A stretch of DNA of 64,000 nucleotides from an uncultured Cytophagia bacterium (GCA_964644845.1 CAZXXS010000097.1:153838-217837); one strand, 5' to 3'; positions 1 through 9,770 are shown, counted from the first letter of the stretch. The notes: generated from the letters alone by a model not told the origin. Made by a program: numbers and translations.

Positions 1-708
1 TTTTTTTCGGGCATTCGCCCAGGTAAGGCCATTCGTGGTGCGTTGTGGACGTGCGGAGCGGTCGGCCTGCGCCAAAGACGCGGTGGGCTTTTCACGGTTG
101 GTTGCAGAAATGGAGCGGCATGACGCTTTCGCTCCCGAAAAGCAGAGATCACAAGCGTGCGCGCGTACACAGATTTTGCAAGAGCGGGTAGATCGCTAGA
201 CACGCGTTAGGGAACGCGGTTGCCCCTCTCGGCATGCCACGTGAGGCTGCGCGGCTAAAAGGCTAAGAGCAGCGTAACGACGGGTTTTGTCACCTTTTAG
301 TCTTTGTCTGCCGTGCCGCGGGCATCAGGCTGTTTGGGCCCTACCCGAAGGGATTCGGAGTGAGAAGTTTCGCCTGAACCTGGATCCAAAAGGCCGAACC
401 GTTGGATGACCGAAGGGTAGGGGACTGACGATGGGGCACGACTGTTCACCTTTGACTACTTGCACGGAGTCGTTTGTTGTGGGGGTCAACCAACCAGGGT
501 AACGGTTGTGGCCCGTAGTGAGAGCGAAAAAGTACCGAAAGGCCGCTTTTGTTACGGGGCGCATTTTTTCCCGGATCTGTCCCGCGTCGGAGTTGCTTCC
601 GGTTTTGTTTGCGATCCGGGGTTTACCAGCCCAAAGCGCACAACGCCGGGTTCCCCTGTGCGAAGAACCCGGCGTTGCCTGCCGTCTTGGGAAGCGGACG
701 GTGTACGC

Positions 709-1185
709 CTAAGTGAAGATGATCTGGGCTCCTGCTGACACTTCGTAGAACTGCCCCACGGTGATGATGTCGTCCACCTCGTCGCAAAAATCCTCCCGTT
801 TCAGATGGAACATGTCCACTGTGGCTTTGCAGGCGTACAATTTTGCCCCGGCGTCGTGGATCATCTCGATGAATTCGTCCACCGGTGGGATGTCCAGCTT
901 TTCCATTTCCCGTTTCATCATGATCGTAGCAAGCGCGGACATCCCCGGCAGGATGCCGATCAAGCTGGGGATGTGCATGGCTGGATTGCCAACTGTTGCC
1001 ACTTTGAGTTTCTTCATGCGCTTTTTCACGATCGCGTCGAGGCCGAAAAAAGTGAAGAAAACGTTGGCCTCGATGCCTTCCATGCGTGCGCCGTTAGCCA
1101 TGATGAGTCCGGGGTAGACCCCCTCGAGCGACCCCTTTGAGATGATGATCGACACTTTCTTGATGCGGTCCTCGTTTGTAGGCAT
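709..1185 (-). CDS. DsrE/DsrF-like sulfur-relay family protein
   Basis: ORF 709..1221 translated. Sequence from MPTNEDRIKKVSIIISKGSLEGVYPGLIMANGARMEGIEANVFFTFFGLD resembles DsrE/DsrF/DsrH-like proteins. Start moved to the internal ATG at 1185, which follows a GGAGGAAACC RBS. Confidence 0.75.
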   Translation of the reverse strand: MPTNEDRIKKVSIIISKGSLEGVYPGLIMANGARMEGIEANVFFTFFGLDAIVKKRMKKLKVATVGNPAMHIPSLIGILPGMSALATIMMKREMEKLDIPPVDEFIEMIHDAGAKLYACKATVDMFHLKREDFCDEVDDIITVGQFYEVSAGAQIIFT

Positions 1186-1213
1186 GGCGGTTTCCTCCTT
1201 GAGGCAGGTGAAC

Positions 1214-1531
1214 TTACACACAACCTTGTGGCTTGGGTAGCCCTGCGATCTTAGCGGCTTTTTTCGCCGGACCGCCCGGAAAAAGGCGGTACAGCTCTTT
1301 TACAGGAACCCCGCCGGTATTCTTGAGGCGCCGGATGGATGGCGCGGTGCCTTTTTCCTGGTACTCCTTACGCATGAAATGGATCACCTTCCAGTGTGCC
1401 TCTGTCAGTTCTCCGATGCCTTCCTCTTTAGCGATGGCTTTGGCAAGTTCCTCGTCCCAGTCGGCCTGGTTTACCAGGTAACCTTCTTCGTCTACTTCTA
1501 CTTGCCTGCCGTTGAAGTCCTTAACTGGCAT
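1214..1531 (-). CDS. TusE/DsrC-family sulfur-transfer protein
   Basis: 105 aa ending ...GLPKPQGCV. The C-terminal Cys-Val tail with a second Cys upstream matches the DsrC/TusE family. GGAGGAAG RBS before the ATG. Confidence 0.8.
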   Translation of the reverse strand: MPVKDFNGRQVEVDEEGYLVNQADWDEELAKAIAKEEGIGELTEAHWKVIHFMRKEYQEKGTAPSIRRLKNTGGVPVKELYRLFPGGPAKKAAKIAGLPKPQGCV

Positions 1532-2249
1532 GGGTAACTTCCTCCGTGTTTGTCGTTCGCAGTGTTGAATCCGTTGTGGCTGCCGTTTCGTTGGCGACCA
1601 GGTTCTTCAGAAATTGGATGCCAAACGCGAGCCCCCGCCGCATTTCTGGAGTCCTGAACTCTTTGAAAAGGCGCCGGTACGAGATTTCCTCGTCCACGCT
1701 GATGGTGAGGTTCTTGTACACGGAAACGGCGTTGTTGATGGTTTCCAGCATGTCTGGCTGCGTGAGATTGCGGACGGTTGTTAGGATGGTAACGATGTTC
1801 TCACCCAAAAGCCGTACGTCTTCGACAGTGAAGGCGGTAACCACTTTGTCCAGCACTTTCGCGAGTTCGCTGAAAAAAGCGAAGTAGCCCTTCCGGTCAA
1901 GTTCGTCCAGTGTGGCCAGAAGATCGAAGAAGGCGTCCCGTGCGATTGGTTTCGCATCCTGCAGGAAGTCGTTGGCGCTTTCCAGCTGGTCCAAGGTGCG
2001 CGCGAGATTCCGCACATTACGAAGCAGCTTCTTGCCAAGGTGCCACAGATCAGACGCGTCGAAATGATGGGCTACCTCGTCAAGCTCAACTACAGCGGTT
2101 AGGAACATGTCTGTAACAACGCGGCTGAGGTCTTCCTTCAACTCCTGTGCTTCGCGTTCGCGCCTTCGTTGCAGAGCCAGCTGTTCGGTGACGAAGTCGA
2201 GCTTTCGGTTGATTTCTGCCAGCTGTTTCTCGAGACCGTTTCCACTCAT
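1521..2249 (-). CDS. DUF1641 domain protein
   Basis: 242-aa protein with the composition and pattern of DUF1641. It overlaps the downstream TusE start by 11 nt and the upstream SQR stop by 4 nt, so it sits in the operon. Confidence 0.6.
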   Translation of the reverse strand: MSGNGLEKQLAEINRKLDFVTEQLALQRRREREAQELKEDLSRVVTDMFLTAVVELDEVAHHFDASDLWHLGKKLLRNVRNLARTLDQLESANDFLQDAKPIARDAFFDLLATLDELDRKGYFAFFSELAKVLDKVVTAFTVEDVRLLGENIVTILTTVRNLTQPDMLETINNAVSVYKNLTISVDEEISYRRLFKEFRTPEMRRGLAFGIQFLKNLVANETAATTDSTLRTTNTEEVTHAS

Positions 2250-3481
2250 GCTACCCGCCTCTTTCCTGCCATGTTCATCTGCGCCTCGATCGGTAACTCT
2301 GCACCTTTGAGCAGCAGGTTCCAGTACATCCAGCGGAACATCATCTTGCCCCAGTGATTCATCTTTGTCTCCTCAAGAAGCGAGAAGGGACCGATTCCCG
2401 GTAGGGGAAACTTTCCCGGCAAAGGTTCGACATCGTAGTTGAAATCAATCAGAATGCCTTTCCCGAAACCGGACTCGATGAAACAGTTAGCATGCCCGTC
2501 GAACTTGGGCAGGAGCGGACGTTTGTCGATGGCTCGCAGAATGTTTTCGAACAGTACCTCGGACTCGAAATGGGCCACAGAACCCGCTTTCGAGCTGGGC
2601 AAGTCTGTGGCATCCCCGAGCACGAAAACGTTTTCGTAGTTCTTCGCCTGTAGGGTGTGCTTGTCGGTCGGGATGAAATTCAGCTCATCACCCATTCCCG
2701 AGCGCGCAATCACCTCGTCGCCCATGTTCGTCGGGATGGGTACGAGTAAATCGTATTCGATTTCTTGCTCGTCGTAGGAGATGATTTTCTGCTTGTCCGG
2801 ATCTACGCGTTCAACGTTGAAATCCGGTACCAGCCGGATGTTCTTTTTTTCAAGGAAGTTGCCCAAGAACTTCGACGCCAACGGTTTTGTGAAAGCGCCC
2901 GGGAGCGGCGTAACGAAAATGATCTCCACTTTGTCGCGAATGCCCTGTTCGGTGAACCACCAGTCGGCCAGAAACACGAATTCCAGGGGCGCCACTGGAC
3001 ACTTGATGGGCATTTCCACAATGTTCAACACCATTCGCCCGCCTTCCCAGTACTTTAGGAAATTGGCGAGACTTGTTGCCCCATCGATCGTGTAGAAGTC
3101 GAAGATGTTCTGTCTCCAGCCCCCTTCCAGCATCCCTGGTGTTTCCTCGGGGTGAATTTTGGAACCGGTGGAGATGATCAAATAGTCGTACTCCAACGTT
3201 TTGCCGTTCTCGAGCTTTACTCGACTTTTCTCTGGCTCGATGACTTCGATGCCGGACATTTCCACATTCACACCAGCGGGTAAAAAGTCACGCTTGGGCT
3301 TGATGACGTCGTTCCGGTTGTAAATGCCGAAGGGGATGAAGAGAAAGCCGGGCTGGTAGTAGTGGACCTCCTCTTGATCCACGATGGTAATGTCCCATTC
3401 GAGTGGATCAAGAACAGGCCTCAACTTATTGGCCATGATGGTGCCGCCAGTGCCAGCTCCGAGAATCAGAAGCTTCTTCAT
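2246..3481 (-). CDS. sqr: sulfide:quinone oxidoreductase-like FAD-dependent pyridine nucleotide-disulfide oxidoreductase
   Basis: 411 aa. N-terminal MKKLLILGAGTGG Rossmann motif, conserved cysteine context IKCPVAPLEF and C-terminal cap domain typical of the SQR/FCSD family. GAGGAGAG RBS. Confidence 0.75.
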   Translation of the reverse strand: MKKLLILGAGTGGTIMANKLRPVLDPLEWDITIVDQEEVHYYQPGFLFIPFGIYNRNDVIKPKRDFLPAGVNVEMSGIEVIEPEKSRVKLENGKTLEYDYLIISTGSKIHPEETPGMLEGGWRQNIFDFYTIDGATSLANFLKYWEGGRMVLNIVEMPIKCPVAPLEFVFLADWWFTEQGIRDKVEIIFVTPLPGAFTKPLASKFLGNFLEKKNIRLVPDFNVERVDPDKQKIISYDEQEIEYDLLVPIPTNMGDEVIARSGMGDELNFIPTDKHTLQAKNYENVFVLGDATDLPSSKAGSVAHFESEVLFENILRAIDKRPLLPKFDGHANCFIESGFGKGILIDFNYDVEPLPGKFPLPGIGPFSLLEETKMNHWGKMMFRWMYWNLLLKGAELPIEAQMNMAGKRRVA

Positions 3482-4143
3482 CGTTGTTTCTCTCCTCGTA
3501 ATTCTTTGTCCGACAAAATCTTGCGTTGTTTGTTCCTGGACCTCTCGCCCAGCACCGAAGTGACATCCCTATTGTGTCATGTCTTGTACGCCGAGCCGCC
3601 TGCCGAGCTGGGCGATCTAAAGCAAATGCTCTGCGTTCGCGCTCGGGCTCGCCTGGCTCAGGATGTTGCTGTTCTTGTGTTTGAGGCGTGCAGTCGGTTG
3701 CCACCGATTGAAGCCTTTCACGGGCGAGGCAATCTTGCTGTTCACCCGAACCCGAACGGGCAAAAGTTAGTAAATAGAAGCAACAATTGCAACTAAAATC
3801 AGATGCGCACAGCAATACTAACCAGTAGCACGTAGTGTTGTTGTTAAGAACCCACGAAAGAGAATGCGAGAATCGGAAGATGCCTGCTTTTCTGTTGACG
3901 TTTGTTGACGCCCGAGCGAAATGGCTCTCACTTGCGGGCTGGTGGCGTGGCCAGGTTAGGAGCCCCCTGAGGCCGCTATTTTTCCCGTGTGGATCCAGAG
4001 TTTGGCTAAGCAGGGTGAAAAAGGCTTTGTAGCAGCTCTATTTTTGAACTCGCCCTGGCAGCTTTGCGCCGGAAATGGCTCTGAACTTCACTTCCTGGGT
4101 CGTTTGGAGACTTCCCAAAATTCCCTCGGCTCTTTTCGTAGCC

Positions 4144-4212
4144 AAACCGCCTTCGGACGGCGGTTTTTTGACGTAACGCGGGGATTGGATCCCCGGGCGA
4201 AGGGGCGTCTCC
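4144..4212 (+). repeat. 69-nt direct repeat copy R1: intrinsic-terminator-like hairpin (AAACCGCC-ttcggac-GGCGGTTTTTT) plus second hairpin CGGGGAT-tgg-ATCCCCG
   Basis: Read directly from the sequence. About 91% identical to the copy at 4598..4666. Confidence 0.8.
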
Positions 4213-4450
4213 GATTCCCATTTAGCCGCAGAGAGAGGCATCTCCGAATCCCCATTCATCCCCGCATCTCCTTCACCGACTACGAGATCGTGCGGAGAAA
4301 ATCGCAAGGCGACCCAGGCATCGAACGCTGAGGGGTACGAGGTGACGCGACATTGCTGGCGGCGGTCTGGATTCGCGAGCGTTTTTTGGCGCAGCAGAAT
4401 GAGTGCGGCTGCTGTTTTGCGCGTCCATCTTCGCGGGCGCGCTTGGTACG

Positions 4451-4505
4451 CCGGGGACTGAAGTCCCCGGCTGCGTCAGGTGGAAACCGGCTGAAGCCGG
4501 TTTTG
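4451..4505 (+). repeat. related double-hairpin unit (CCGGGGA-ctgaag-TCCCCGG then AAACCGG-ctgaag-CCGGTTTT)
   Basis: Same two stem types as R1/R2 but in the opposite order. Both loops are CTGAAG. Confidence 0.7.
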
Positions 4506-4597
4506 CTTGGGGTGTACTTTGCAGCTCAGCGCGGAGGCCGTCTTCTGGTCGTGCGAGGTTTCGGTTCTCCCCGTGAGGTGATGCATTTGCCGCGGGG

Positions 4598-4666
4598 AAA
4601 CCGCCTTCAGGCGGCGGTTTTTTGACGTAGCCCGGGGACTGGATCCCCGGGCGAAGGGGTGTCTCC
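4598..4666 (+). repeat. 69-nt direct repeat copy R2 (terminator-like hairpin plus GGATCC-containing hairpin)
   Basis: Aligns to 4144..4212 with 6 mismatches in 69. Confidence 0.8.
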
Positions 4667-4929
4667 AAATGCGCATTTGTTCCCCCATCTCCTCTCAGTG
4701 CAGCCAAATTTCGGGGTCTACCGTGCCGGGATTCCGGGCGTGCGAAGAAGCGGTTTTCACGTAACGCTGGTTGTGTTTCTTCTGCGGCGGAATGAACTCC
4801 GCCGTTGGAGAACTTGTCGTGCTCTTCGGCGAATGTGTTTGCGAAAGTGGTACTCAGGCGGTGGTTTTTTGCCTGCCTGGTGGTAAGTGGTTCCCCTGGG
4901 CCCGGGCTGAAAGGCTGAGGCAGGTCGGT

Positions 4930-5415
4930 TTAGGAGGTTTCTCCAGAGTGTTTTTCGGCATGGTCGGCCAAATGTTCGTCGGACCACAGTTCCATGGCGT
5001 GGATGAGATCCTCGAACGTGTCGACCACGGTCCCCAGAGATGGATTTTGGAGCAAGGCGAGGATCTGGCGGTGCATTTCGTCGTACTCGCGCGTCATTTC
5101 GGCGGCCAGCTTCCGGCCCTTCGGGGTCAGGTTTACAATCTTGAACCGTCGGTCGTCCTCTGGTTCGTGGCGTTCAACGAGTCCTTTTTTGCGCAGGTCT
5201 TCCACAATGCGGGTCAGGCGTGCCGGACTAAGGTTCATGAGCTCCGCAAGGTGCCTGATGGGTGAATTGCCCTCCTTCCACAGCGTGCGAAGACACCGGA
5301 ACTCGGCGACACGCAGTCCGTAACGTGCCGCGAAGTGCACCTGTCGCTCCTGGCATAGTTCGTAAAGACGCAGAACGAGATCAGACATGCGGGAGGCGTA
5401 ATCCTCGGTCATCAA
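4930..5415 (-). CDS. MarR-family transcriptional regulator
   Basis: 161 aa with a winged-helix MarR pattern (…LTPKGRKLAAEMTREYDE…). GGAGGA RBS. Confidence 0.8.
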   Translation of the reverse strand: MMTEDYASRMSDLVLRLYELCQERQVHFAARYGLRVAEFRCLRTLWKEGNSPIRHLAELMNLSPARLTRIVEDLRKKGLVERHEPEDDRRFKIVNLTPKGRKLAAEMTREYDEMHRQILALLQNPSLGTVVDTFEDLIHAMELWSDEHLADHAEKHSGETS

Positions 5416-5735
5416 GATCCTCCAGTTTTGACAGAGGTGTGGGAACGAATCAACGTTTGGCTGCGATGGGACTGTCGAAACCCGCGGGACTGCACACTGG
5501 CTTCTTCAATCAGATTTCTCACAGAGAGGCTACACAGAGGCGCTGCCACAAATGCTGACAGCCGTCCGCCAGGACTGCTGCACCTGAGCTTCGGTGGCCC
5601 GTTTTGTCGGACTCGCCGGAAAACGCGTGGTTCATCCCAAACTTTTGGTCCGGAAATCACACCCCGAATCGGTTCTGTTGGCCTGCAAGATCAAACAACT
5701 TGCAGAAACCGTGTGCGTTCCGTCAGGCCGCAAAA

Positions 5736-8453
5736 CTACTCGGATTGCGTTTGCTTGACCAATTCCTCCAGAACGGCCCGCAGTTTCTCGAGTTGTTCGC
5801 CGTACCCAGCCCAGTCCCCGTTGCGCAATCGGCGCATCGCTTCCTCGTAGTGCTGCATGGCTTCGGCGGCGAGTTCGCCTGTGCCTTGCGGGCTAATGGT
5901 GCCACCTGCGGGCACTGTTCCCACCTCACGCGGACGCTCAGTGCTGACTTCCGTAGTGCCGATAGCATCCTGTAAGGCCAGATCCAGTGTTTCGCGCATC
6001 ACGATCCGATTCTTGTAGGCCACGATCACGCGTTTCAGTTCCGGGAGTTGCCCATTTTCAGCGCGCAGGTACACGGGTTCCACGTAAAGCAGGACGCTAT
6101 CCACTGGGATGGCCAGCAGGTTGCCACGGATCACCTGGGACCCGCGTTGGCTCCACAAGGTGAGCAACCTGGAAATGTCGGGGTCTTGGTCAATGCGGGC
6201 CTCGATCTGCCGTGGGCCATAAACCAGACGCTGCTTTGGCAACATGTAGGCGAACATCTGTCCGTAGTTGGGAGGATCGCAGCGGGCGGCAATCCAGGCA
6301 ATCATGTTGTCCTTTTCCTTGGGAGTAAATGGAAGCATGAGGATGTACTCGCCATCCGGTTCGCCTGGCAACTGCATCAGCACGTAGTAAGGCTCCATTG
6401 GCTGCTCCGAGCCGGCGTAGACCTCGCGTGGAATTTGCCACACATCCTCCCGGTTGTAAAAAGTCTGTGGGTCACGCATGTGGTAAGTGGCGTACATGCT
6501 CGTTTGCACGGAGAAAAGACCTACAGGGTACCGAAGATGTCTGCGGAAATCGTCCGGAAGCTCGCTCAGGGGTTTGAACAGCTTCGGGAAAATTGCTGCG
6601 TAGGCACGAATGATCGGATCTTTGGGATCGGCGATGTAGAATGTGACATCCCCGTTGTAGGCGTCGACCACCACTTTGACGCTGTTGCGGATGTAGTTGA
6701 ACCTGTTCTGGTAAGGCTCGGAGTAGGGAAAAGTGCTGCTGGTTGTGTAGGCGTCTTCGATCCAGAAGAGACGGCCGTCTACAATGACCACGTAGGGGTC
6801 GCCTTCGTACTGAAGAAATGGAGCGATCGTGCGGATTCGCTCCGAGACCGTGCGGTGGTACATGATGCGGCTGTCACTGGTAAGGTAGCTGGTCAAGATG
6901 AGCTTTGCGCTCCCGAATTCGTACGCGAATGCAAGACGTCGCAACAGCGAACCGATCCTGACACCGCCACTTCCGGAATAAGTTGTGAACTTGTTCCGTT
7001 CGCCAACAGGGTAGTCAAATTCCTCCGTTGCGGTTTTCACGAGAGCGTATTCGGTAGTCTCTTCGCCGTAGTAAATGGCGGGCTGATCGAGCTTGATGTC
7101 GACGTTGATCACAGGCGGGATGTCTTTGATGAAGAAATAGGGCAACCCTTCCTCGGTAACCAGGTTCACAGGGTTCATCACAACGCCGTAACCGTGTGTG
7201 TATTTGAGGTGCAGGTTCACCCACGTTCTCGCCTGGGTGGGGATCTGGTCGTAGTTCAGCTCGCGGGCTGAGAGCATCACCTGGCGGTAGTCGTCTCCGA
7301 AGGTGTAGCGATCCACGTCCACGTCGTGAAAGTCGTAGTAAAGGCGAATTTCCTGTAGCTGGCTGTAAGTGGCGTGAAGTGGCCGCCAGTCCCACAGCCG
7401 CATGTTTCGCACCGTGGAGCGGTAGTTCAAAAGGTCGTTGTAGGTAATTGAGCCACTTGGGTCAAACCCTTTTTCTTCAACGGACTCGAGCCCGTAAGCT
7501 AAACGAGTCAGGCGAATGTTGTGGGCGATGTAGGGTTTTTCTTTTTCCAGCTCATTGGGTTCGACGACCAGTTTCTGGACAAGGCTCGGATAAATGCCTA
7601 CGGCGAGAACCAGCATGAGTACAAAAAGAGCGGTACCCGCTACCACAATTTTCCACCCACGTCTGGTGATGGCCAAGAGGATTCCCACAACGATCACCAG
7701 CGTGGCGATGACCATGATCCAGTAGGCTGGGAGCTTGGCGTGGATGTCGGCGTAACCCGCGCCGAACACGGCTCCGGTGCGTGAGTAGAGGAGCTGAAAA
7801 CGCTCCAACCAAAAACGTCCCGCGAGCACCAAGAGGGTCAACGCGGCTAAGATGGAAAGGTGAGCTTTTGCGATGGCCCGCAGTTCCCTGAGGCGACTCA
7901 AGAAACTGCCCCCGAGGAAGTAGATTACAGCGGAAAGCCCGAACGCGAGGATGAAGAGCCACATGAGCCAGGTTGTTCCCAGCACGTACACAGGTAGCGA
8001 GAACACGTAGAAGGCGATGTCTTTCCCGAACACTGGATCCGTGGCGCCAAACGGTTGACGCTTGAAGAAAGCCAAAATTTGCAGCCACCGCGTGGAGATG
8101 GCACCGGCGAAAATCAAACCGACGAAAAGCGCCGCCAGGGCTACAAGGGTTTTTTGCAGTTTGATGAGTTTCGGAATGGAGATGCTGACGTCATCCAGAG
8201 TGAGAACAATCCGCTGAGGAGCTGCCTTCAGGGCGAACCAACCGTTCAGGTAGAGAAAAAGGCTCGAGACGAAAAATCCCCCCAGGAAAAAAGCCCATTT
8301 TGCGGTCAGCGATTTCGTGTAGACGCTGAGGTACCCCAGTTTGGAAAACCAAATGGCATTGATGTACAGCCCTACACCGCTTCGCAGGAAGATCAAAATG
8401 CCCGCGATCGCTGCCGCAACAATCAGGCTTATTTTTTGACGGCGGTTCATGGC
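5736..8453 (-). CDS. UPF0182-family large membrane protein
   Basis: ORF 5736..8534. Start set at MNRRQKISLIV after a GGAGATACG RBS. About 7 N-terminal TM helices then a large soluble region, the characteristic UPF0182 architecture. Confidence 0.7.
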   Translation of the reverse strand, partial: AMNRRQKISLIVAAAIAGILIFLRSGVGLYINAIWFSKLGYLSVYTKSLTAKWAFFLGGFFVSSLFLYLNGWFALKAAPQRIVLTLDDVSISIPKLIKLQKTLVALAALFVGLIFAGAISTRWLQILAFFKRQPFGATDPVFGKDIAFYVFSLPVYVLGTTWLMWLFILAFGLSAVIYFLGGSFLSRLRELRAIAKAHLSILAALTLLVLAGRFWLERFQLLYSRTGAVFGAGYADIHAKLPAYWIMVIATLVIVVGILLAITRRGWKIVVAGTALFVLMLVLAVGIYPSLVQKLVVEPNELEKEKPYIAHNIRLTRLAYGLESVEEKGFDPSGSITYNDLLNYRSTVRNMRLWDWRPLHATYSQLQEIRLYYDFHDVDVDRYTFGDDYRQVMLSARELNYDQIPTQARTWVNLHLKYTHGYGVVMNPVNLVTEEGLPYFFIKDIPPVINVDIKLDQPAIYYGEETTEYALVKTATEEFDYPVGERNKFTTYSGSGGVRIGSLLRRLAFAYEFGSAKLILTSYLTSDSRIMYHRTVSERIRTIAPFLQYEGDPYVVIVDGRLFWIEDAYTTSSTFPYSEPYQNRFNYIRNSVKVVVDAYNGDVTFYIADPKDPIIRAYAAIFPKLFKPLSELPDDFRRHLRYPVGLFSVQTSMYATYHMRDPQTFYNREDVWQIPREVYAGSEQPMEPYYVLMQLPGEPDGEYILMLPFTPKEKDNMIAWIAARCDPPNYGQMFAYMLPKQRLVYGPRQIEARIDQDPDISRLLTLWSQRGSQVIRGNLLAIPVDSVLLYVEPVYLRAENGQLPELKRVIVAYKNRIVMRETLDLALQDAIGTTEVSTERPREVGTVPAGGTISPQGTGELAAEAMQHYEEAMRRLRNGDWAGYGEQLEKLRAVLEELVKQTQSE

Positions 8454-9562
8454 GTATCTCCTTGGCTCAGGGATTCCTGAGAAACCACTGCTTGTTGGCC
8501 TGAAAAATCGCGACTCTTGGGGAAGCCAGTGCACGAACTTGTTTGCTCAAGTGAAGGTACGGTAGAATGTTGAACGGAGCAAGGGCAAATTTTGCGTGTG
8601 CTAAACAATGCTCAGCTGAAATGTACTTGAGGGTGTGAGACGGTTTCAGGGACGCACTCTCCGTTTGGAGCGGTTGCAAGAACCCGTTTTTGCCTACGTG
8701 GTGGACGTCAAACGGAAAGGAGAGCTTGCGTCGGCTGACCGTTGCGCTTGGACGTTGGAACTGCGGTGGCAGTCGCTACGACCGATTTAGCGCATCAGAA
8801 AGAGACTGCAGCAGGCTGGAGGAGAGTGAACACAAAATTGGCCACGTCGTTCCCGGCGAGTCCCATTCAAACAGTGCTCATTCCCTGAATCTGGGGTGTG
8901 AACCCTGGGGAAAGCGGCAGGACCTCGACACTGATTGCGCGCGCTTCCGGCAGCGAACACCTCTCCACGCACGTGAGTGCTTTGCTACGGTACGAACGTG
9001 CGTAGGTAAGAGTCCCCTGTGGGGTCACGGTTTCGGGAAGTCGGGGAAAGGTGCTACTTGCCTCAGAGTCCACGAAGAAACGGCTACGTGGTGCACAGCT
9101 GGTGGCAGCTACTTTCAAGCGGCAGGGACTGTCCAAGCCCGAGGTCCCAAATTCCGGACGTTGTAAGTAAAGTGCACTGCCCAAGGTTGTTCCCAGTGAC
9201 AGGGTGTAGTAGCCTCAGAATGTAAGCAGGCGTTGTGGAGGGGTGGACGGAGTGGCGCGCCCGGATACCAGGGATCTCCCCATTTTTGCCTGTGAACTCG
9301 CCGACACCTCGGAGCGGCTTGGTTCCTGCTGGTAAAATTGGTTCCAGGACAGGAGCTGAAAGAGCGTTCTGTGTTTCCGGCGGGGCCTTCCGGTTCACGG
9401 GCGCTCTGCAGGCAGTCCGGGACTTCCAGCTCCCCCTGCTTGCAGGGGTAAGCCTGACCGTGCGGGCAAGGTCCGACTTCTGGGCACAGCGAAAGCTCAA
9501 CAGCAACCGTTACCTGCCGTGCCCCCAACGTGTTTGCGGGGAGACCCTCGCCCAGATACAGC

Positions 9563-9591
9563 TTGACAAATTGAAGGGCAATTCTTATCAT
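9563..9591 (+). promoter_or_regulatory. sigma70-like promoter (TTGACA-17nt-TATCAT)
   Basis: Exact -35 TTGACA at 9563-9568 and -10 TATCAT at 9586-9591 with a 17-nt spacer. It drives a roughly 180-nt leader or sRNA that ends at the terminator near 9770. Confidence 0.5.
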
Positions 9592-9742
9592 GAGCTTGAG
9601 CCGTGAGAGGTTGCGGATGGACGCACGAACAAGATGATGACTGGCCTGGTCAAGGGGACCTGTGTGGAGGCCCGCTCGATGTTTGTGTGGTGTTTAGTTT
9701 TGGGGTACCGTCTGTGGCTTGGTTTGCGCTTTGCCAGCTGAA

Positions 9743-9770
9743 GGACAGTCACATTTGGCTGTCCTTTTTT
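9743..9770 (+). terminator. intrinsic terminator/attenuator hairpin (GGACAG…CTGTCC + TTTTTT)
   Basis: GC stem followed by a T6 run, about 50 nt upstream of the aminotransferase AAGGAGG RBS. Confidence 0.5.

Noticed and set aside
4144-4666. Possibility that the 69-nt direct repeats form a CRISPR array
   Set aside because: Only two full copies about 450 nt apart, with a third partial or rearranged unit. The repeats are terminator-like hairpins with T-runs rather than CRISPR repeats, and no cas genes are nearby.
6048-7271. 407-aa plus-strand ORF antisense to the UPF0182 gene
   Set aside because: Same reasoning. The minus-strand 905-aa protein has a clear membrane-protein architecture, and the plus-strand ORF has no RBS.
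8690-9166. 158-aa plus-strand ORF and overlapping minus-strand ORFs in the 8.5-9.5 kb gap
   Set aside because: Mutually overlapping in several frames. Cys/Arg/Trp-rich translations without RBS. Treated as non-coding.
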